64,000 bases of DNA, taken from Halorarum halobium. GTDB lineage: Archaea > Halobacteriota > Halobacteria > Halobacteriales > Haloferacaceae. The notes under the pieces were generated by a model, which worked only from the letters and a program-made list of their open reading frames with translations, did no database searches and was not told the DNA's origin. Below are positions 1-7,800 of the stretch, piece after piece (position 1 is the first letter of the stretch; every line of letters starts with the position of its first letter). The stretch is from assembly GCF_032116555.1 (NCBI RefSeq), contig NZ_CP134949.1, positions 1,798,001-1,862,000 on the forward strand, given 5' to 3'. A program made the position numbers and the translations under genes.

Positions 1-259
1 TTTCGTGAGTCCGGATTCCAAAATAAAGCGCCAGCGTGACCGCAGCCATCCCCCCGGAAAGGTAGGTCTTTGGCGGCGTCGTTCCGACCCCCTGCTGGGC
101 CAGTGCCATGCCGAGAAACGCCCAGCCACCCGAAAACACGAACCCGATCGTGAAACAGAGGAGCCCCGATCCGGTCCGATCGTTCGCGTGGAGTCCGATC
201 CCGAGCAGGAGGAACGTCCCCCCGATGAGGGCAAAGACCGTACGGGTCTCGAGTGCCAT
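1..259 (-). CDS. Small multi-pass membrane protein, 3' end runs off the window
   Basis: Read manually: ATG at 259, MALETRTVFALIGGTFLLLGIGLHANDRTGSGLLCFTIGFVFSGGWAFLGMALAQ..., three hydrophobic segments, no stop before position 1. Confidence 0.6.
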   Translation of the reverse strand, partial: MALETRTVFALIGGTFLLLGIGLHANDRTGSGLLCFTIGFVFSGGWAFLGMALAQQGVGTTPPKTYLSGGMAAVTLALYFGIRTHE

Positions 260-365
260 CCCGTCGGCGTACGTAACCCGGGGTTAAATCCTCCACGTAT
301 ACACGTGACCGGCACCCCGGGGAACGCCGATCTCGGCCGAGGCCGTTTCGAGGGGGAAATCCGAA

Positions 366-644
366 TCAGTCGATGGTGAAGGTGGCGTCCGTGAGGCTCT
401 CGCTCCGGCAGTCCGGACACCGGGACGGCGCGTTCGCCGGGTCATCGAACCCGGAGAACCCGCAGTCACGACACTCGGGGGGCGCGACCAGCAGTTCCTC
501 CTCGTCCAGCGAGCGGGCGACGTGACGGACGTGATCGTACACCTGTGCCGTGGGAACGGCGAGGCGGGCCGACAGCTCCGGCGCCGTCAGCGCCTCCGCA
601 CGGAGGTCGTCGGCGATCCGCTCGCGCGTGGTCCGCTCGGGCAT
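366..644 (-). CDS. HTH + Zn-ribbon transcriptional regulator (archaeal COG3357 type)
   Basis: MPERTTRERIADDL HTH, then CRDCG and CPDC zinc knuckles; start trimmed to ATG 644. Confidence 0.85.
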   Translation of the reverse strand: MPERTTRERIADDLRAEALTAPELSARLAVPTAQVYDHVRHVARSLDEEELLVAPPECRDCGFSGFDDPANAPSRCPDCRSESLTDATFTID

Positions 645-736
645 ACGAGCGTGGTAGCCGTGGACGACCGTGACGCTTTCGACACCCGGCACGCGAGAGG
701 AAAAAGACCTTAACCGGCCACGCGGACTTCCAAGTC

Positions 737-1705
737 ATGAAGGCAGTGGTACTCGCCGGCGGCTACGCCACGCGTCTCTGGCCGATCACCCGCCATCGGC
801 CCAAGATGTTCCTCCCGGTCGGTGAGGGTACGGTCATCGACCAGATCTTCGCGGACCTCGAGGCCGACGAGCGGATCGACGAGGTGTTCGTCTCGACCAA
901 CGAGCGCTTCGCCGAGCGCTTCGAGGAGTACCTCGCCGAGGCCACGTTCGAGAAGCCCACCCTCTCCATCGAGGACACCTCCGAGGAGTCCGAGAAGTTC
1001 GGCGTCGTCGGCGCGCTCGCCCAGCTCGTCGACCGAGAGGGCGTCGACGACGACCTGCTCGTCGTGGCCGGCGACAACCTGCTCTCGTTCGACGTCGCGG
1101 ACTTCGTCGACTACTTCGAGCGGAAGGGCGAGCCGACGATCGCGGCCTACGACGTGGGCTCCCGCGAGCGCGCGAAGGAGTACGGACTCGTCGAACTCGA
1201 CGACGACCGCGTCGTCGACTTCCAGGAGAAGCCCGACGACCCGAACAGCACGCTCGTCTCCATCGCCTGCTACGCCTACCCCCGGGAGACGCTGGACCTG
1301 CTCGAAACGTATCTCGCCGACGGCAACAACCCGGACGAGCCGGGGTGGTTCATCCAGTGGCTCCAGAACCGGACGGACGTGTACGCGTTCACCTTCGACG
1401 GCGCGTGGTTCGACATCGGCACGCCGGAGGCGTACCTCGACTCGGTCGCGTGGAAGCTCGGGGGCGAGAACTTCGTCCACGCCGACGCGACCGTGACGAA
1501 CTCGACGCTCGGGGAGAACGTGTTCGTGATGGCTGACGCGGAGGTCGTCGACTCCTCGCTCGACGAGACCGTCGTGTTCCCCAACGCCACCATCGAGAAC
1601 GCCGACATCCGCCGCTCCATCATCGACGAGGAGACGTCCGTGACCGGGCTCGACCTGGCCGGCGCGCTCATCGGCGCGCACTCACATCTCACAAACGGGA
1701 TCTAG
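737..1705 (+). CDS. Sugar-phosphate nucleotidyltransferase (NTP transferase + C-terminal left-handed beta-helix)
   Basis: MKAVVLAGGYATRLWP, GDNL, FQEKP, WFDIG motifs. Confidence 0.92.
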   Translation: MKAVVLAGGYATRLWPITRHRPKMFLPVGEGTVIDQIFADLEADERIDEVFVSTNERFAERFEEYLAEATFEKPTLSIEDTSEESEKFGVVGALAQLVDREGVDDDLLVVAGDNLLSFDVADFVDYFERKGEPTIAAYDVGSRERAKEYGLVELDDDRVVDFQEKPDDPNSTLVSIACYAYPRETLDLLETYLADGNNPDEPGWFIQWLQNRTDVYAFTFDGAWFDIGTPEAYLDSVAWKLGGENFVHADATVTNSTLGENVFVMADAEVVDSSLDETVVFPNATIENADIRRSIIDEETSVTGLDLAGALIGAHSHLTNGI

Positions 1706-1762
1706 TCGAACGGCCGCGAAAACGGATCTCGACCGGGAGTTCTCCGATGCCGAACTCGCCGA

Positions 1763-2521
1763 TCAGCGGAGCCTCGCGTCCGTCACACGGATCCGACCGC
1801 GGGTCCCGTCCCACTCCTCGTCGTAGGTCAACTCGATCGGGTTCCTCATGTGTGGACCGTCGGTCACGAACGTCTCGAACTCGCCCCCCTCGCCGAGCAC
1901 GTGGACGCCGTACTCCTCGTTCAACTCCACGAGCTCCGCCAGCGCGTCGCCGTCGAGCGTCCGCCCGAGCCAGGACTCGTCGAGGCCCGCGGCAGCGACC
2001 TGCAGGATCGTGATCTCGAATCCCGCAGCCAGCATCGCCTCGCCGAGTTCCACGGGGTCCCGCTGCCAGAGCGGCGCGAAGAGGTCGATTCCCAGTCTTT
2101 CACACATCGCCTCGATCCGTGCGGTCTGAAACTCGCTCTCGACCGCCCCGGCCGTGACGCCGGCGAGCGGGAGCGACGAACGAAGTTCGAGCAGCGCCGC
2201 CTCCATCGGCTCCAGTTCGGCGTCGCCCTGTTCGCCGGCGTCGACGGCCTCGCCCGCCTCGAAGTCGTCCGGCTCGACCTCGACGAGCGGGATGCCGACG
2301 CTCTCGGCGGCCAGCCCGGCGAGCTTCGTCTCCGGGACGTGGTACATGTACGAATCGCCGTCCGGATGGACCGTCAGCAGTCGCTCGACGGGCAGGCCCC
2401 GCTCCAGCGCGCAGTACAGTGCCCACGAGGAGTCCTTCCCCCCGGAAAAGAGGCTCACCCACGCGCCGTCCGACGTCCCGGTCGAATCCTCGGGTTCCGA
2501 GTCGCGGCCCGGTTCGGTCAT
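1763..2521 (-). CDS. dph6: Diphthine--ammonia ligase (PP-loop ATPase)
   Basis: LFSGGKDS, SYMYH, LFAPLW, GEGGEFETFV motifs. Confidence 0.9.
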   Translation of the reverse strand: MTEPGRDSEPEDSTGTSDGAWVSLFSGGKDSSWALYCALERGLPVERLLTVHPDGDSYMYHVPETKLAGLAAESVGIPLVEVEPDDFEAGEAVDAGEQGDAELEPMEAALLELRSSLPLAGVTAGAVESEFQTARIEAMCERLGIDLFAPLWQRDPVELGEAMLAAGFEITILQVAAAGLDESWLGRTLDGDALAELVELNEEYGVHVLGEGGEFETFVTDGPHMRNPIELTYDEEWDGTRGRIRVTDARLR

Positions 2522-2653
2522 ACGACGTCTACGGGGCGTTCGTGATTTACCGATGGCGGTTCCGGGACGCACCGACGCCGACTCCGAGGCTCGGGTTCGC
2601 TGGCGGCCCGGGGTACCGATACGATTTCACAGTGCTGGCCCGTAGGCTGTGTC

Positions 2654-3619
2654 ATGGAAGGCCGGTCCGACGGACACCGCTTCCTGCTCGCGGTGGCGGG
2701 CGTCCTGACGCTGTTCGTCTCAGTGGCACTGGGGCTCGCTCTCTGGGTCGCGCTCCGGTACGTCTGGGCGAACCGGCCAGACCCGATCACCGCCCTCGCA
2801 GCGCTCGCCGCGATCACGCTCGTGTCGGGGTATCTGACCTACAGGTTCGGCACCGGAAGCGTCCTGTCGGGGCTGAACGCGCTGGCGCTCCCCCGCTCGC
2901 GCGCCCCGAGACTGCACGCGCTCTGTGACGGGCTCGCGGAGTCGATGGACGTGGAGACGCTGACCGTCTACGTCGCCCGACTCGGCGAGCCGAACGCGCT
3001 GGCGCTGGGCGGCCGCTCGCCCGCGCTGGTCGTCGACCGCTCGCTGTTCACGCTGCTGACCGAACCCGAGTTCGAGGCCGTGCTCGCACACGAGTTCGCC
3101 CATCTTGAGGCCGCTGACGGGCTGTCCCAGAGTCTCGCGTACAGCGTCGTCCACACGCTCGTGGGCGTCGTCGCGCTCGCGGTCGCGCTCCCGGCGTTCC
3201 TCCTCCGGGGGTTCGCGGCGGGGCTCGCACTGCTGTACGGCACCCCGACGAAGTGGAAGCGGACGGTCCCCTGGCGGCTCCGGACGACGCTCGAGGACGG
3301 AGTAGTCGTGCTGTTCGTTGCCCTCACGCTGCTCGTGCGTGCGTACGCCCGCCGCCGCGAGTTCGCCGCCGACGACCGCGCCATCGAGGTCACGGGCCGG
3401 CCGCTCGCGCTCGCCAGCGCGCTCCGGAAGATCGAGGGGTCGACGGGAGATCCCGGGCCGTTCGGCCGGCGTGTTCCGACGACCGAGGAGTCTCGCGCGC
3501 TCGCTCGACTGCTCTCGACGCACCCGTCGCTGGAGGAGAGGATCGAGCGACTAGGGTCGAAGGCCGACGGTCAGGACGGTGAGGGTGCCGACTGGACACG
3601 CGTTCCCGTCGAAGGCTAG
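2654..3619 (+). CDS. htpX: M48 family membrane zinc metalloprotease (HtpX-like)
   Basis: PNALA, HEFAH zinc motif, EFAAD, STHP, several TM helices. Confidence 0.88.
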   Translation: MEGRSDGHRFLLAVAGVLTLFVSVALGLALWVALRYVWANRPDPITALAALAAITLVSGYLTYRFGTGSVLSGLNALALPRSRAPRLHALCDGLAESMDVETLTVYVARLGEPNALALGGRSPALVVDRSLFTLLTEPEFEAVLAHEFAHLEAADGLSQSLAYSVVHTLVGVVALAVALPAFLLRGFAAGLALLYGTPTKWKRTVPWRLRTTLEDGVVVLFVALTLLVRAYARRREFAADDRAIEVTGRPLALASALRKIEGSTGDPGPFGRRVPTTEESRALARLLSTHPSLEERIERLGSKADGQDGEGADWTRVPVEG

Positions 3620-3711
3620 TGGGACGTGCGTGTACGGCGCGACTCGCGATGAGAACGGGACCGTGATCGGAGCGGAACCGGGGCCTTCGAGCCGCTGTGG
3701 GCGTCGCCGGC

Positions 3712-4680
3712 CTACATGTAGCCCAGGTCGCGGAGGCGCTCCATGAGGTCCTCCTTGTCCTGGGCCCGGCCCGCGCGCTCGGTCGTGTTCTCGATGTCCT
3801 GGAGCCAGGCGGGGTTCTCCGCGGACTTCTCGGTGCTCACTTCGCTCCCGAGCGAGCGGAAGCCGGCGAAGTACTTGGGGGAGATCGGCACGTCGGCCTG
3901 GGTCATGCCGTCGGGGAGGTCGGTGTCGGACTGCGGGACGTGGCCCTCGGGGTAGCCCTCGACCGTCTCCGGGAGGACGAAGTGCCAGAATGCGTCCCAC
4001 ACGGAGCGCTCGTCGAAGTGGAGGATCGGCTGGATGCGGTCGTGGGGCGGGTAGATCTCGGGGTCGTGTCGCGGCGAGAAGAACGTCTCGTCCGCGCGGG
4101 CCTCCTGTTCGTCCCAGCGGACGCCCGAGAGGATGCCGTCGATCTCGTACTCCTCGAGCGCGTCGTTCAGCGCCACCGTCTTGAGCAGGTGGTTGCCGAC
4201 GTACGTGTCGAGCAGGAACGGGAACGTGTCCTCCTCGTACTCGAGGATGTCGCGGACGTGGTGCCGGTTGTGCTCCGAGAGCTCGGAGACGGGGACGTCG
4301 TCGCCCGGTTCGAGCCCGTTCGCGTCGACGTAGTCGCCGACGTCCTCGTTGCGCGCGTAGATGACCTCGAGGTCCCACTCGTCGGCCCAGTGGTCGACGA
4401 AGTCGTGGATCTGCTCGAAGTGCTGGAAGTGGTCGATGAACACCGTCGGCGGCAGTTCGAGGTCGAACTGTTCACAGACCTCCTTGACGAAGTAGAGCGT
4501 CAACGTCGAGTCCTTGCCGCCGGTCCACATGACGGCGGGGTTCTCGTACTCCTCGAGACCCGTCTTCGTCACCTCGATCGCCTTCTCGATCTTGTGCTCC
4601 AGCGATGGGTAGTCCTCGGGACTTTCGCCGTCTCCGTCACCGTAATCGACGTTCAGGTAGTCGGGAAACTCCTGCGCCAT
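3712..4680 (-). CDS. PAPS reductase family / sulfate adenylyltransferase small subunit (CysD)-like protein
   Basis: WTGGKDS PP-loop, SGVRWDE, GFRSLG motifs. Confidence 0.85.
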   Translation of the reverse strand: MAQEFPDYLNVDYGDGDGESPEDYPSLEHKIEKAIEVTKTGLEEYENPAVMWTGGKDSTLTLYFVKEVCEQFDLELPPTVFIDHFQHFEQIHDFVDHWADEWDLEVIYARNEDVGDYVDANGLEPGDDVPVSELSEHNRHHVRDILEYEEDTFPFLLDTYVGNHLLKTVALNDALEEYEIDGILSGVRWDEQEARADETFFSPRHDPEIYPPHDRIQPILHFDERSVWDAFWHFVLPETVEGYPEGHVPQSDTDLPDGMTQADVPISPKYFAGFRSLGSEVSTEKSAENPAWLQDIENTTERAGRAQDKEDLMERLRDLGYM

Positions 4681-4834
4681 GATAATGAGATGTAATTACA
4701 CCGTGAAAGGTCTTGTGACCGACGACGGTGCCCTCCCCTTCGGCGTTCCCTCGGCGCGACCCCTCGGAGTTGCCGCCTCGAACCCCGAAACCGAACGCGG
4801 CGGGTCGAAACTGGTTCGGCCGGCCTGACGACGG

Positions 4835-7800
4835 CTACCGCCGCCGCCCCAGGAGCGGGGCGACCGCGACGAGCGCGATTCCGGCGACGAGCGGGAGTTC
4901 ACGGTCCCCGTCGAGCGACGTTCCGACCGCCGGTTCGCCGTCCGTCGGGTCCGGCGTGGCAGTTTCGACGGGCGATTCGGTCGGTTCCGGGGTCGGTTGC
5001 TCGGTCGGCGTCGCCGCCGGGGTCGGTGATTCGGTCGGGGTCGGCGCTTCAGTCGGCGTCGGCGAGTCGGTTGGTGTCGGTGACTCGGTCGCCGTCGGCG
5101 AGTCGGTCGCGGTCGGCGTTCCGGGGGCGGTCGTCGTGGTCCCGGTTCCCGCCGGGGTTTCGACGGCTTCGATCGTCACAGTCGCTTCGGACTGGCCGTT
5201 CACGGGGACGCTCGTCCCGTCCTCCGTCTCGGCGGTGACCGTGTAATCGCCGGGCTGAAGGTCCGCAACCGTCCCGGTCGCGCCGGGTCCGACGGTGACC
5301 GTTCGGAGCTCCCCGTCGCCGTCGGTGACGGTCACGAGGACGGCCACGTCGTTCGGGTTCTCGAGTTCGACCGTCCCGTTGACCACCGTCGCGTCGACGC
5401 TTTCGAGCGGCTCGGCCGCCTCGACGGTGTACTCGACCGTCGCGGCGGTCAGTTCCGCGCCGGTGTCGGCGTCGACCACCGCGACGTCGACCGTCGCGTT
5501 CGCCTCGATCGGCGGATCGAGCGTGATGTTGCCCGCGAACGACTCGTTTGCCGGCAGTGAGTCCGTCTCTCCGAGGACCCGTCCGCCCTCGCTCGCGGTG
5601 ACGACGTACTCGACCGTCGCGGTCGCGTTCCCCACGGTCAGCGCCGTCCCGTTCCCGACCTGATCGGCGACGACCAGCGTGGCGTTCGGTTCGGCTGCTG
5701 GCCGCGCGGTCGTTCCGAGCGGCGCGACGATTCCGGACGAGGTGACCGTCGCGGTCACGACGTTCGTCGATCCCTCGGACGCGTTTGGACCGGTCAGCGG
5801 CGTCCAGCCCGTCGCGTCCTGGTACTGCCAGAGCCGCAGGGACGCGGCCGTCAGGTTCGCCGTCTCCAGCGCGTCCTCCGAGTACTGCACCCGCAGCGCG
5901 ACGCTGGCGTCGTCGTCGGTCGCGTTCACGGCGACGTACTCGCCGACGTTCGTCGCGTTCTCGGGGTCCTCGGGCGGCGATTCGACGGCGTCCAGCGCGA
6001 CGTTCCGTCCCTCGTCGAAGCCGACCGTCGCGCTCGTGAGCGAGAGGTTCGAGACGCTCAGATCGCCCGACGAGATGGTCGCGGTCGAGAGGTCCGCCCC
6101 GCCGCTGTTCGAGACGCGGTTGTCGAGTAGCGCTCCCGCCACGGAGACGAGCGCGATCCCGTCGCCGTCGTTCCCCTCGATGACGTTCCCGGCGACCGTC
6201 AGGTCCGCGAGGTCCTGCCCGTCGATGCCGTGCTCGGCGTTGTCGCTCACGGTGTTGTCGCGGACGGTGACCCCGTCCGATTCGTCGAGGTCCAGGCCGT
6301 CGTCCGCGTTCCCGCTGATGTGATTGTCCGTGATCTCCAGGTCGTTCACGTCGTTGTTCGTGTCGATCCCGACTCCGGCGTTGTTCTCGATCAGGTTGCC
6401 CGTGACCTGGGCACCGGAGCCGCCCTCGAACAGCGTGAGTCCGCTCTCACCGTTCGACCGGATCACGTTGTCCGAGAGCACCGCGCTGGCCCCGAAATCC
6501 CGGAGAATGACGCCGTGGAACGCGTTCTCCCGGACGATCGAGTCTGAGACCGTCGCCCCGTTCGCGTCAGTGAGGTAGATGCCGTACTCGTTTTCGGACA
6601 CCGTGGCGTCGACGACGCTGACGCCGACGAGGTTGCCGGACTCGAACTCGGGTTGGCCGATTCCGGTCCCCCAGTCGGTCGCGACGACATCCCGGACGGT
6701 GACGTTCTCGGTGTCCTCGCCGTCCGACTGGCGGATCCACACGCCGACGGACCCGTTCGTTCCGACGCCGTCGAGCGCGTGACCGTCCCCGTCGAGGACG
6801 ACGTCGCTCGCGTTGATCGTGACGCAACTGGACGCCTCGCTGTCGGTCACGTTCGCCGTCAGCACGTAGCGACCCGGCTCGTCGATCACGCCACACGCGT
6901 CGAGTTCGGTGACGCCGGCCGCCGTTTCGTTCGGCGTCTCGACACCGTCCGTCTCGTTCGCGGCGGTCTCGTTATCGGCCGTCTCGGTGCCGAGGACGGT
7001 CACGAACGCCTCGTCCGTGACCGGCTCGCCGGCGTCGAGGTACGGGCCGTCGGCCGAATCGTTCGTCACCGGAACGTCGAGCGTCCCGTTCCCGTCGGCG
7101 TCCCGATACGCGACGGCGAGCAGCGAGCGATTCTCGGTGAGCGGATCCGTCAGTTCGACGCTGACGTTCCCGCTCGTCCCGGCGTCGAGGTACGCGGAGA
7201 CGCCGATGATGAGCCCTGCTCCGTCGTCGCCACCGGTCGCGTCACGGATGGCGACGAACCCGCCGTCGGGGAGGGTCACCGAGTCCACGGTGACGGCCGT
7301 GCCGTTCGTCGTCTGGTTCCCGAACGAGACGGTCGCGTTCGGCTCCGCGTCGGTGGTCTCCGCGACCGTGTAGGAAATCGTCTCGGTGGCCAGTTCCGAG
7401 CCGTTCCCCGCGTCGACGACCGCCACCGTGAGCGTCGCGTTCCCCCCGAGCGGGGGGTCGAGGACCAGCGGCCCGGCGAACGTCCCGTTCGCCGCCACGG
7501 GTTCGGACTCGTTCAGCACGGTCCCGTTCCGATCGACCGTCACGGCGAACTCGGTCGTCGCCGACGCGTTCTCGACGGTGAGCGTCGTCCCGTCGTCCGT
7601 CTGGTTTCCGACCTCGAGCGATGCGTCGGCGGTCGCGTCCGTCGGCCCGTCGTCGGTCACGTTTTGGGTCTCGTTCGTGTCCGGCCCGAGCAACTCGACC
7701 TGCTCGAACACGGGCAGTTCGTCCTCGAGGTACGGCGCGTCGACCTCGCCGCCGCTGTCGACGTACTCGAACTCGCCGTCCCCGTCCGTGTCGCGGTACG

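Noticed and set aside
4950..5150. ~18-bp coding minisatellite (TPTESP-like units)
   Set aside because: Ordinary Thr/Pro linker of surface glycoproteins.
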